Source of the DNA: Mobula hypostoma
Lineage: Eukaryota
Assembly: GCF_963921235.1 (NCBI RefSeq)
Contig: NC_086097.1
Span: 44,890,001 to 44,954,000, forward strand
Reading direction: 5' to 3'
Length of the DNA stretch: 64,000 bases
Part shown: positions 24,490 to 37,051 of the stretch, piece by piece
Layout of the letters: each line of letters opens with the position of its first letter
Position numbering within the stretch: position 1 is the stretch's first letter
Notes under the pieces: generated by a model
The model's database searches: none
What the model saw: the letters and a program-made list of their open reading frames with translations, nothing else
Told to the model about the DNA's origin: nothing
Program-made: the position numbers and the translations under genes

Positions 24490-27440
24490 GGCTGAAGAAC
24501 TGGCGCAGGGGCAGGGTCTCAGACTGGTACATCAGTTCGGATCTCTGTACAAAAGGGATGGGTTACACTCCAATTCAAGGGGGACTAATGTCCTTGTGAG
24601 CAGGTTTGCTAGAGCTGTTGGGAAGGGTTTAAACTAAGTTGCCAGAGGGATGAGAACTAGAGTAACAGGTCATATGATGGAGTTGGTCAGTTTCATGGGC
24701 TGAAATTTGTCTAAAGTGAGAAGTATCAGAAACAAGGGTGGTGAAGTATGAATCATATGTGGGACCACGATACTGTGGCCATTACAGAGACTCGACTGTC
24801 ACAAGTACAGAAATGGCTACTGGTGCCTGGGGTTTATGTTTCAAAAGGGGCAGGGAGGGAGGTAAAAGAGGTGGGGAGTAGAACTGCTAATCAGGGGCAG
24901 TGTCACAACTGCAGAAAGGGATATTGTCATGGAGGGATTGTCTGCTGTGTCAGTGTGGGTGGAAGTCAGAAACAAGAAGCGAGCAATCACTCTATTGGGA
25001 ATATTCCAAAGCCCCACCCAACCCCAACTGAAATAGCAACAGAGACACTGGGGAGCAGATCAGGATGCAGATTTTGCAAAGGTGGAAAAATAATTAAGTT
25101 TTTGTCATGGGTGACTTCAACTTCCCTAATATCCATTGGCATCTCCTTAGTGAAAAACGGTTTAGATGGGGCAAAATTTGTTTGATGTGTCCAGGTGACA
25201 GATCTATCAGTGGGTGAACATTTCAGAGACAGTGGCCACAATTGCCTGATCTTTAGCATATACTTGGACAAGGATAGTAGCAGGTACTATGGGAAAGTAT
25301 TTAATTGTGGTTAGGTGAATTATAATGCTATTACGCAGGAACTTGGCAGTAGTAAATTGGGAACAGTGTACACTCCCAAGTGGGGAAACGTACAATGGAC
25401 ATGTGAAGGTTGTTGAGGGACACTTGCATGGGGTACTGGGTAGGTTTGTCCCGTTGAGGCAGGGAGAGGATGGAAGGATGAAGGAATCATGGTTGGCAAG
25501 AGATGATGAACATCTAGTCAAAAGGAAGAAGGAAGGATACAAAAGTTTTAGGAAGCAAGGATCAGACAAGGGTCTTGAAATTGTAAGGTAGCTAGGAAGG
25601 AGCTTAAGAATGGACTTAGAAGAGTTAAAAGGGGGCATGAAAAGACCTTGGTAAGTAGGATAAAGGAAAACCCAGGGCATTCTACACATCCGTGAAGAAC
25701 AACAGGATGACTACAGTGATGGCGGGACCAATCACAGATAAAAGAGCCAGAGGAAGAAGGGAGGTCTTTAATACTTTGCTTCTAAATTCACTAGAGAGAG
25801 GGGCCTTGAAGAAAGTGAGGTCAGTGTAGAACAGGCTAATATGCTGGAACAGGTTGACATTAAGAAAGAGGATGTGTTGGAACTTTAGGAAAACATTAAG
25901 ATAGTAATGTTCCAGGGCTAGGTGGGATTTACCTCAGGTTACCTACAGGAAGTGAGTGAAGAAATTGCTGCACATTTGGCCATGATCTTTGTTTCCCCAC
26001 TGGTCAGAGCATTAGTACCACAGAACTTCAGTTGCGGTGGGCGGGGGGGAATGTTATTCCTTTGTTCAAGAAAGGTAATAGGGAGAATGCTTTGGGAATT
26101 ATAAACCAATGAGTCTAACATCAGTGGTGGGCAACCTACTGGAGAGGATTCTTAAGTCAGAGGATTTATAATCACTTGAAGAAGCATAGTTTGATTAGGG
26201 ATAGTCAGCATGGCTTTGTCAGGTGCAGGTCATACTTCACGAGCCTGATTGAATTCTTCAATGAAGTGACAAAACAAATTGATGAAGGTAGAGCAGTGGA
26301 TGTGGTATACGTGGATTTTAATAAAGCATTCAACAAGGTTTCTCATGGTAGGCTTATTCAGAAAGTCAGGAGGCATGGGTCCAAGGAGAGTTGGCTGTGT
26401 AGACTCAGACTTGATCACAGAAGGCAGAGTGTGGTAGTCAACAGAGTGTAGTCTACCTGGAAGTTCATAAAGTCTGGTGCTACACAATGATCTGATTTTG
26501 GACCCCTGCTCCTGCTGATTTTTATAAATGAATTCTATGAGGAAGTGGAAGGGTGAGTTATTAAGTTTGTAGATGACAAGGAGGTCGGTGGTGTTCTGGA
26601 TGGTGTAGAAGGCTGTCATATGTTACAATGGGACATTGATAGGATGCAGAGCTGGGCGGAGAAGTGGCAGGTAGAGCTCAATCTGGAAAAGTGTGACATA
26701 ATACACTTTGGAAGCCAAATTACAAGGTTAATGGCAGGTTCTTAATAATATGGAGGAATAGAGGGACCTTGAGGCTGGCATTCATAGATCCCTTAAAGTT
26801 GCAATGCAAGCTGATAGGGTAGTTAAGAAGATGTACAGTGCGTTGGCCTTCATTAGTCAGGGAATTGAGTTCAAGAGCTGTGAGATAATGTTGCAGCTCT
26901 ATAAAACTTAGGTTAGACCTCATCTTGAGTATTGTGTTCAGTTCTAGTCGCCTCATTATAGGAAGGATGTGAAAGCTTTAGAGAGGCTGAAGAGGAGATT
27001 TACCAGGAAGCTGTCTGGATTAAAGAGCATGGCTTTTGATGAAAGGTTGAGCAAGTGAGAGTTTTTGACCTTGGAGTGAAAGTGGTGACTTGATAGAGGT
27101 AGGTAAGATGATAAAAGGCATAGCTTTTTTTGACCCCACAGTGGCAATGGTTAATACCAGAGAGCATAATTTTAACAACATTGAAAAAAGGATAGCTGTG
27201 TGGGCAGATGTCTTAGGTAATTTCTTTTACACAGAGAATGGTAACACAAGAAAACTGCTGTCAGGAGTGGTGGTGGAAGCAGATACATTAGGGACATTTG
27301 ACTCTTAGATAGATGCACGGATGATAAAAAGAATGGAGGCCTATGTGGGAGGGAAGAGTTAGAATGATTTTGGAGTAAGTTTAAAAGATCAGCACCATGT
27401 TCTGGACTGAAGGGCCTGTACTATGCTGTACTGTTCTATG
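24490..27440 (+). mobile_element. Long decayed CR1 LINE (end of ORF1, APE, RT, 3' UTR)
   Basis: DGLHSNSRGTNVL (esterase-like end of ORF1), DTVAITETRL (APE), LIRDSQHGFV...AVDVVYVDFNKAFNKVSHGRL (RT) and a ctgttctatgtt tail. Many stops and frameshifts. Confidence 0.9.
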
Positions 27441-27574
27441 TTAGTCAAAAGTAGATCACCAGGTTGTACTAAAATACATTATATGCTCTTTTTCTGTTTC
27501 TATGTCGATTTGGTGACTTCTGTTCCGAGAAAGTACAATTATTTTATCTATATTTCTGACATATGTATTCAATT

Positions 27575-29660
27575 TATACAACACAGAATCAGACCCTTCA
27601 CCCAATTTATCCATGCCAACCAAGTTGCCTACCTGAGCTAGGCCCATTTGACTGCATTTGGTCGATATCACTCAAAACCTTTCCTTTCCATGTATCTGTC
27701 TAAGTGTTTTTTTAGAAGTTGTAATCGTACCAGCCTCTACCACCTGTAGATGGGGTTTATGGGGCGTCAGGGAGGAGTAGCACCTCTGGTGGGGGAACAT
27801 GTCGTATCCTTTTCAAGGCGGTTAGTCCACCTTTGGTCCCCACCTGGCACTCAGCTCTCACCTGTGGCTCCCCGTAGCTGTTTGCATGCGACAGCGGCCA
27901 CACCCCGGGCAACAGCTTTGACAAGCCAGCTAAACCAGGTGAGGGTAGCCAATGCGTCTCAAACCCTTACTGAGATGGGGAGTTGTCTAACCCAGCATGT
28001 AAAGACAGACTCTGGCGGATTGAGCGGATGAGACCAATGGGAGGTCCAACAGTCAAGAAGGCAGTCTCTGCAAGTGTCGTGGAACATGCAGAGCAGGACA
28101 AGACACAAAAGACGTCATGGTCATCCACCGCCCCTAGTCCCATCTCCAGCCGTCTCGACTCTGTCTTGCCACTGGATCCAGATGGGAATTGGGAAGAGAG
28201 AGTGAGGCTGACGCTGCACAACTCTCTCTCACTTAAATCCAAATCATGCACTAGTCTCGACACCATCATAATGGTGTCGAGGTCCTCATCGATGTTGACG
28301 ATGGACGAATACCACCTCCTCTGGTAGATTAATCCACATATACTTCACCCTTTGTGTGAAAATATTAAACTGCGGGTCCAGTTTATATGTTTCCCCTCTC
28401 AATTTAAAGCCATGTCCTCTAGTTCTAGACTCTAATATCCTAGGAAAAAAGATTGTAATCATACGCCTTTTCTACATCCTTCTCAATTTTATATACATCC
28501 TGCAAGGTCACATCTCAGCATCTATACTACAAAGGCAAAAAAGACCTAACCTATTCAATCTCTCCACACGACACAAGCTTTCCTGCCTTGATAATATTCT
28601 TGTGAATCTTTACTGCACCCTTCCCAGCTTAATGACATCCTTTCTATAGCCTGGTGACCAGAAAACTGCACTCAATACTCCAGTGTGGTCCACCAACATC
28701 TTGTACAGTTGTAACATGACATGTCCAGCTCTTGCAGGCAAATGCTCTCACTAGTGCCAACTGCCTTCTGTATCACAATAACTACCTTTGTCATTGCTTT
28801 CATGGAATTGTGTATGTGTACTCCTAGACCTTTCTATTCTATAACAGTTCCCAGGGCCTTGTCATTTACTGTACTAGTCTGACCCTGGTTTAACTTGCCA
28901 AAATGCAACACATTGCTTTTGTCGGAGTTAAATTCCATTTGCCATTCCTTGGCTCACTAGCCCAGTTGATCAAGATCCCACTGTAATCTTAGATAACCTT
29001 CTTCACTGCCCATTACACTACCAGACTTACTAATCCTGCCAATACCAATCCCCATGGCACACTGACGATCACAAGCCTTCAATCTATAGAAGACTCTCCA
29101 CTACCACCCTCTGACTCCGACAAACAAGCTAATTTTGTGTCCAATCGGCTAGCTCACTCTCGATCCCATGTGGACCAGCCTACCATGCGAGACCTTATCA
29201 AAATCCCTGCTAAAAGTCTAAGCAGACAACATCCATCCATTCCGTCCTCAATCCTTAGACTTCTCTTCAAAAATCACAATTAAATTCATGAGACAGGATT
29301 TCCCATGCACCAAGCCGTGCTGACTATGCATGATCAGTCCTTGCCTTTCCAATTGCAGGCAGATCCTGTTTTTCAGAATTCTCTCTAGAAGTGTTCCCTC
29401 CACTGATTTTAGGCTTGCTTGGTAGTTTCTCAGGTTGTTCTTGCAGCCCTTCTTAAATGAAGACCAACATTAACCACACTCCAGTTTTCCGGTACCTCAT
29501 CCATGGCTAGTGATGATAAAAACATCCCAGCTAGGAACCCAGCAATTTGTTCCCTAATTTTTATGATGTCCCAGGATACGCTCATTAAGTCCCTGTGAAC
29601 TATCCACCTTAATTCATTTAAGGGCGACCAGCATCACCTCTTTTGTAATATGGACCATTC
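27575..29660 (-). mobile_element. Decayed CR1 LINE hosting an RTE-type insertion
   Basis: Colinear with the other minus-strand CR1 copies (gccgtgctgactat = SQHG region; tttctatagcctggtgaccagaa). Confidence 0.8.
27746..28309 (+). mobile_element. Non-autonomous RTE-type retroposon (564 bp)
   Basis: 8-bp TSD taccacct at 27738-27745 and 28310-28317. No tRNA head. 3' hairpin ctcgacaccat-cata-atggtgtcgag (28256-28281). The RTE assignment rests on recalled similarity. Confidence 0.75.
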
Positions 29661-32055
29661 TCTTTCTATTCAAACAGAAAAAGGCAGAAACACACAAATA
29701 CATACAGGCACAGAAGCAAAGTTCTGAATGACCGCATCATATCTGTGTTCCAATTTATATTTTGGCCAACGTTGATCATTTCTATTTTCAGTAATTACAA
29801 TCTTCTCTGCCTCCACATTTTAAAACCCCCATTCATAAATTGAAAAAAATGAGTCATATAGATGAAAGGTAAGTTACAATACAAAGATGAACAATAACAT
29901 TACACAGGATCAAACAGCTGATATGTCCCTATAAATCAGTACTTAATCTGGACAAAGAGTTTATCGTCTGAAAATTTAAATCAACTTCTTCTCAAAGTTA
30001 AATATTTACTTACCCAGATGGCATCTCCAAAGAAGTTAAGTTTTTCTTTTCTACTTACAATCAATCACTGTCACTGGGAGATAATTAATATCATACACAG
30101 TCCAGTAACTTACTTACTTAATACTGACTAAGCTACATAATTTTTGAAGTTGGACAGGTCCCTAGAATGAAGCAGGAAAAGGAAGTACAAGAAAAAGAAA
30201 TTAACAGGATGTTAAAAGCCAAAACCTCACAAAAGGAACAGAAACTCAGTCAGCCCCGTAAATAACCCTGCACATGGTTGTAATTGTAACTTTAAACATT
30301 AAAGATGCAGATACGTTAGATTCATGCACATAATCATGGTATTATGATTCAGCTTTTCATGACACTCTGCATACTTCAATTTTTGCACAATTGGTGTTAT
30401 CTTTGCTTTCCCATTGCAATCTAACAGCCCGTGTGAGAGTTTGAAGGATGTACAAGTACAAAAAAAAGGTAGATTTCTGGATCTGTTCCTTCAAAATTAA
30501 AGGAATCTTATTCCCTTACCATTCAGATGTCTCTTGTAGTTAAGGGTCTGCATGTAACAGACATGGGTGCATGAAATGAAAGCTGAAAATGCTGTGTTTT
30601 TAAATTGTCAGGCAGCATCCACGGCTAGAAAGATAATTGATGTTTCAGATCAATGATCCTTCATCAGAATTCAAAAATTGTGAAAAGAAGCCTGATTTTG
30701 GTTGCAGAGAGAGGTACGGGAGAGCAATTCATTCATGGCTGACTTTTTTTCAACCTCATTCTCTCCATAACCATTTTATTTAAAGGGTTTCTGTGGGACA
30801 ACTTTTTTTTTACTCAGGGGGTAGAGGGTAAAAACTGCCAGAGGAAGCTGTAGATATGGGTACAATTACAATGTTTAAAAGTCATTTGAACTAGGGCATG
30901 AATAGGAATAGAGAGATCTATAGGATATGCTCAGGATCAGTAAATCGGTGGGATTGGGCAAGTTGAGCCAAAAGGCCTGTTCCTGTGGTGCATAACTCTA
31001 TGATTCTATCACCTGGGTCCAGATTACCCCACAAAGGGAAACACCATCTCTGCGTCAAGTTGGTAAATTGGTTTATTATTGTCACATGTACCGAGATACA
31101 CCGACAAACTTTGTTTTCCATGCTGTCTACGCAGATCATTTAACCACACGAGGAAATACAAGGGGAGACAATAACAGAATGTAGTGTTACCATTACAGAT
31201 ACAGTGTAGTGCAGCCAAACAATAAGGTGCAAGTCTACGATAAGTTCGATCGTGAGGTCCAGGGTTCATTTTATTGTACAAGATGTCCATTCTACAGTCT
31301 TATAACAATAGGATAAAAGTTATCCTTGAACCTAGTGGTACATACTTTCAGGCTTTTGAAAAGCCTGGGAGGGAAGTTTCAAAAGTCTTCTGGGAATGAT
31401 ACTTCTCTTGGTTATTCAATTATTGTCACTTTAGCATTTCTTTCTGTTCCACTTCAGATTGCACTAAATTTTTGTACAATTCTGCTGTTTTGTGCTGGTC
31501 ATTGTATTTATTGCTGTATTTATTATCATCACATATTCTGTTTACTCTCTGAGTTTCATGTGATTAAGGAATTTTGTTGTACCCCAGTGTATATGACGGT
31601 AAACAAATCTAATTAATCCATGGTGGAGAAAATTCACACTTAGGTTAGTGGATGAGATGTCAGTTAAGCAGATGCTTTGTCATGAATGCTGTCAAGCTTT
31701 TTAAGTATACAGTACATAGAATACAGAACATAGCACAGTACAGATCCTTCAGCCCACCACGTTGTGCTAACCTTTCAACCTACTCCAAGATCAATCTAAG
31801 CTTTCCCTCCCACGAAGACCTCCATTTCTCTTTCATTCATGTGCTTATCTAAAATGCTCTTAAACATCTGCCTCTAAGACTGCTTCAGGCAGTGCATTTC
31901 ATGCACTTACCTTCTGTTGTGTAAAAGACCTACCTGACTTTCCTCCTCTGCTTTCTTCCAATTGCCTTAAAATTATGCCCTCTCATATTACCCATGCTGT
32001 TCAGGGGAAATAAAAACACTGTTTGTCCACTCTATCTATGCCTCTTATCATCATA

Positions 32056-32570
32056 TAAGACCATAAGACATAAGAGCAGAATTAGGCCATCTGGCCCATC
32101 GAGTCTGCTCTGCCATTCAGTCATGGCTGATCCCTTTTCCTGATCTCCTCCTCAACCCCAGTTCCCGGCCTTCTCCCCGTAACCTTTGATGCCATGTCCA
32201 ATCAAGAACCTATCAACCTCTGCCTTAAATACACCCAACGACCAGGCCTCCACATCTGCATGTGGCAACAGCTTCCACAAATTTACCACCCTTTGGCTAA
32301 AGAAATTTCTTTGTATCTCTGTTTTGAAAGGGCGCCCCTCTACCCTGAGGCTGTACATTCTTGTCCTAGACTCTCCCACCATGGGAAACATCTTTTCCAC
32401 ATCTACTCTGTCTAGGCCTTTCAGCATTCGAAAGATTTCAATGAGATTTCCCCTCATTCTTCTAACTTCCAACCAGTACAGACCCAGAGCCATCAAACGT
32501 TTCTCGTATGATAACCCTTTCATTCCTGGAATCGTCCTTGTGAACCTCCTCTGGACCTTCTCCAATGCCA
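32056..32570 (-). mobile_element. CR1 3' fragment of a different subfamily, nested
   Basis: LALEKVQRRFTRTIPGMKGLSY...FFSQRVVNLW, with its own tail (taagaccataagacataag). Confidence 0.88.
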
Positions 32571-32697
32571 GAATATACACCTCCATCAAATCACCTCTCA
32601 TCCTCCTTCGCTCCAAAGAGGAAATCTTAAGCTCTATCACCTTTCCTCATCAGATATGCTCTCCAATCCAGGAAGCATCCTGGTAAATCTTCTCTGC

Positions 32698-32722
32698 TCT
32701 CTCTCTCTCTCTCTCTCTCTCT
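32698..32722. repeat. (CT)n microsatellite
   Basis: Directly visible run. Confidence 0.95.
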
Positions 32723-34799
32723 AAAACTCCATATCCTTCCTATAATGAGGAGACCAGAACTGAACACTATACTCCAAGTGTGGTCTCACCAGAGTTTTAT
32801 AGAGCTGCAGCATTACTTTGTGGCACTTGAACATATTCCCCCAACTAATGAAGGCCAACACACATTATGCCTTCTTAACCACCCTATCAACTTGTGCAGT
32901 GACTTTGAGGGATCTTTGCATGCGGACCCTAAGATTCCTTTGTAGCTCCACACTGCTAAGAATACTGCCATAAACCTTGTACACTGCCTTCAAGTTTGAC
33001 CTTCCAAAGTTTATTACTTCATACTTTTCCAGATTGAACTCCATCCGCCACTTCTCAATCCAGGTCTGAATCCTGGACTGTTGTAACCACCACCACCAAC
33101 CTTTGTGTCACCAGCAAACTTACTAATTAACTCTTCTACATCCTCATCTAAGTCCTACCCACTCTCTAGTCATTCTCCTGTTTTTCACATACATGTTGAA
33201 TTCTTTGGAGTTTTCATTAATTCTACTGCCCAAGGCCTTTTCATGTCCCTTCCAGCTCTCTTAATTGCATTCTTAAGCATCTTCCTGACCATCTTATACC
33301 TCTTGAGCTCTATCTAATCCTTGCTTCCTAGATGTTCCATTTCTCTTGTCAACTATGGTTCCTTCACCATACATTTCTTCACCCGACCCTTTTCCTTCCT
33401 CAGTGGAACAAATCTATACAGAAATCCACGCACATTCAGGTCCAGAATGCCTGAACATAACCATCTTCCTTTTTGGTTCCAACCACAGGAGTTCAAAGGC
33501 CTTGTGAAACCCAAAGTGATTACTGATAAGAGATTACTGGTGAGTAAGTTCTGCTTGATATTCATTGACAACTTTACTTGATGATTGAGAACAAACCAAT
33601 TGGGCAGTAATTAGTCAGACTGGATTGTCCTGCTTTTTATGTCCAGGACATAACTGGTGAATTTTCACCATCTCTGGATGCCACTGTTGTAACTACACAA
33701 CACAGTTTAGCTTTGAGGCATGAATATTTCTGGAGTTAATCTCTTCAACACAACAGCCAAGATGCTGTCACATCCCGTAGCCTTAACGGTATCCATTGCT
33801 CTCAGCTGTATCTTGATATCATATGGAGTGATTCAAATTTGCTGAAGGCTGGCTTCTGTGACCATAAGATTATCAGCAAGAAGGCAAGATGGATTGTCCA
33901 CTAAGAACCTTCAGATGAATGTATCAATTTGTATTGAGAGCAAAGATAGATCAAGTTTTCCAGGAAACCATTACAGGAAAGTACTACAGACTGCCTCCAT
34001 ACATCTTTCTGAATTACTGATCATCATGCCACAATCTGTGCTAGACAACAATGCACAGAGGTATAATATTAATGTCTTGGCACTCATATGGTGCTATACA
34101 ATTTCTATTCTGAAATAAATAAAGACACTACAGTGGCATTATGAATTTTGTCCAAAAACAAATATAAAAATGAAGAGTAATGGGGCTGGAAAAGACATTT
34201 TAATATTTTAAATCTATTTCCTCTTTTTGAATGCCAGCTCCCTTTTCCATCCAGGTCTGTCACAAGCAGATTCTCTAATGATCTTGTTAGTTGAAATTCT
34301 GCCAAGGGTTTAAAGTAGGAGATGGTTGTGTGTAGTGGATTGGTTCTTGTTCGGAAACAAAGTGCAGTGTTAGCAAAATAGATGGACCACTAGCAAATAG
34401 AAACAGGAAACACAGGTCATTCAACTCAGGGTATGGAATAGAAAAAAAATCTACTGGAAAACTCAGCAGCCCTGACAGCATTGGGTGTGGCTAAGCAAAT
34501 TAAGGTTCAAATTAGTGTATATCCCTCCAGCAAAGAAATTACAGATCAGCAACTTTTAAAAACAAACAGCGCAAAGTCACACAGATAAAAAAAGGAAAGA
34601 ATTTTCTATCAATGCAAAAAAACAAAAGATATTTATCAATTAATTATTTATGTCCAAAGGAGTAAAAATCTTTGTGCCGCGTCTACAAGCAAAAAAGAGG
34701 GGAAATGTGGGAGGATATTACCTAAACACTAAAATTGTACACATAATTGTTTTATATACATATATGTACAGTCAGGTACAATGTACAGTACAGTCAGAT

Positions 34800-35633
34800 A
34801 TGGAATCAGATCAATGTGTATTGATAAATCTGATGGCCTGGTCAAAGAAGTCCCGGAGCCTATCGGTCCTAGCCTTAATGCCGTGGTACCATTTGCCAGA
34901 CGGTAGCAGCTGAAACAGTTTATGGTTGGGATGGCTGGAGTCCCTGATGATTCTCTGAGTGCTTTTTACATACCCAATGCTATAAATGTCTTGAATACAG
35001 ATGCACTGGGATGTCTGCACCATTCTCTGTGGTGCCCTGCAATTGAGCGTAGTACAGTTCCTGTACCAGGCGATGACACAGCCAGTCAGAATACTCTCGA
35101 TGGTGCCTCTATAGAAAGTCCTGAGGATTTGGGGATTCATACTGACCTTCTTCAACCACCTGAAGTGAAAGAGGCGCTGTTGTGCTTTTTTTTTTAAAAC
35201 CATACAGCCAGTATGTACCACCCAGGTGAGATCCGTGGGTGATGTGTATACTGAGGAACTTGAAACTACTCACCTTCTCAACTACAGTCCCATTGATGTC
35301 AATAGGGGCTAGCCTGTCTCCGTTCCTCCTGTAATCCACAATCAACACCTTTGTTTTTTCGACATTGAGGGACAGGTTGTTTTCTTGGCACCACTGTGTC
35401 AGGGTGATGACTTCTCCTCTGTTGGCTATCTCATCATTGTTTTAAGTAAAGCCTATCAATGTGCCATTTGCAAATTTGATCAGTAGCTTAGAACTATGTG
35501 TGGCAATACAGTTGTGGGTGTATAGGGAATAGAGGAGGGGGCTCAGGAAACAGCCCTGGGGGGCTCCTGTGTTGGGGGTCAGAGGGGCAGAGGTGAGGGA
35601 ACCTATTCTTACTACCTGCCAGCGATCTGACAG
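34800..35633 (-). mobile_element. Rex1/Babar LINE RT C-terminal fragment
   Basis: NTGAPQGCFLSPLLYSLYTHNC, LIKFANG, KKAQQRLF, FYRGTIESILTGC and DSSHPNHKLFQLLPSG. Confidence 0.88.
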
Positions 35634-36977
35634 GTGATAGTGAAGCAGTTCATACCCAAATGCAGCAGGACCTGGACAATATCCAGGCTTCGCCTGACAA
35701 GTAACATTCGAGCCACGCAAGTGCCAGGCAATGACCATCTCCAACAAGAGAGACTTTAACTATCATCCCTTGACATTCAGTGGTATCACCATCACTGAAT
35801 CCCCTACTATCAACATCCTGGGGGCTACCATTGATAGGAAACTGAACTGGTCTAGCCATATAAACACCATGGCTACCAGAGCAGGTCAAAGGCTAGGAAT
35901 CCTATGGCATGTAACTCACCTCCCGACTCCCCAAAGCCTGTGCACTATCTACAAGGCTCATGCCAGAATCAGAATCAGGTTTATTATCACCGGCATATGA
36001 CGTGAAATTTGTTAACCCAGCAGCAGCAGCTCAATGCAATACATAACCTAGCAGAAGAAAATAATAATAATAAATAAAAATTTAAAAATAACCAGGTGGT
36101 CTAAATCTATGTGGAGAGCCATTGAGACCGCTTGTGCCATTGACCTACTGTGGCGATAGGCAAATTGCAATGGGTCCAGGTCCTTGCTGAGGCAGGAGCT
36201 CAGTCTAGTCATGACCAACCTCTCAAAGCATTTCATCACTGTTGACGTGAATGCTAATGACACGATAGTCATTAAGGCAGCCCACATTATTCTTCTTAGG
36301 CACTGATACAGTTGTTTCCTTTTTGAAGTAAGTGAGAACTTCTGCCCATAGCAGTGAGAGGTTGAAAATGTCCTTGAATACTCCCGCTAGTCGGTTGGTA
36401 CATGTTTTCAGAGCCTTACCAGGTACTCCATCAGGATCCTCCCCCTTGCAAGAGTCAGGAGTGTAATGGAATACTCACCACTCGCCTGGATTAGTGCAGT
36501 TCCAACAACACTCAAGAAGCTCGACACCATCCAGTACAAGGCAGCCCACTTGACTGGTACCCCTTCTACAAGCACCCAATCCCTCCACCATCGACTAATA
36601 GTTGCAGCAGTGTGTACTATCTACAAGATGCACTGCAACAGCAGACCAAGGTTCCTAAGGCAGCACCTTCCAGATCCACAACCACTACCATCTAGAAGGA
36701 TGAGAACAGCAGATACCGGGGAACACCACCACTGGGAAATCCCTCTCCAAGTCAGCCACCACCCTGACTTGGAAACATATCGCTGTTCCTTCATAGTCAC
36801 TGGGTCAAAATCATGGAATTCCCTCCCTAAAAGCACAGTGGGTGTATCTACACCTCAGGGACTGCAGTGGTTCAAGAAGGCAGCTCATCACCACCTTCTC
36901 AAGGACAACTAGGGATGAGCAACAAATGCTGGCTTAGCTGACAATGCCCACATCCCATAAATGAATAAATAAAAAAA
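35634..36977 (+). mobile_element. CR1-group (Zenon-like or related) LINE 3' part, split by a nested insertion
   Basis: INILGATIDRKLNWSSHI...AGQRLGIL...YKA, then a break, then VRSVMEYSPLAW...KLDTIQ. Ends in an A-rich tail. Exact clade is uncertain. Confidence 0.8.
35964..36452 (-). mobile_element. Internally deleted Rex1/Babar fragment, nested
   Basis: TSTVMKCFERLV...LDPLQFAYR joined to a 3' end with a (TTCTGA)n tail. Confidence 0.85.
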
Positions 36978-37051
36978 GTCTAAGATCAAGCTGCACAAGG
37001 TGGGGTTCAGGCTGAGATCTCAGAGTTGTTATGTCTTATATGATGTAGTTA

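Larger units (their letters stand above)
31715..33430 (-). mobile_element. Decayed CR1 with a nested younger CR1
   Basis: CR1 3' UTR at 31715 and CR1 C-terminal and RT-region remnants. The host frame (LERRRMRGDLMEVY) is broken at about 32572. Confidence 0.8.
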
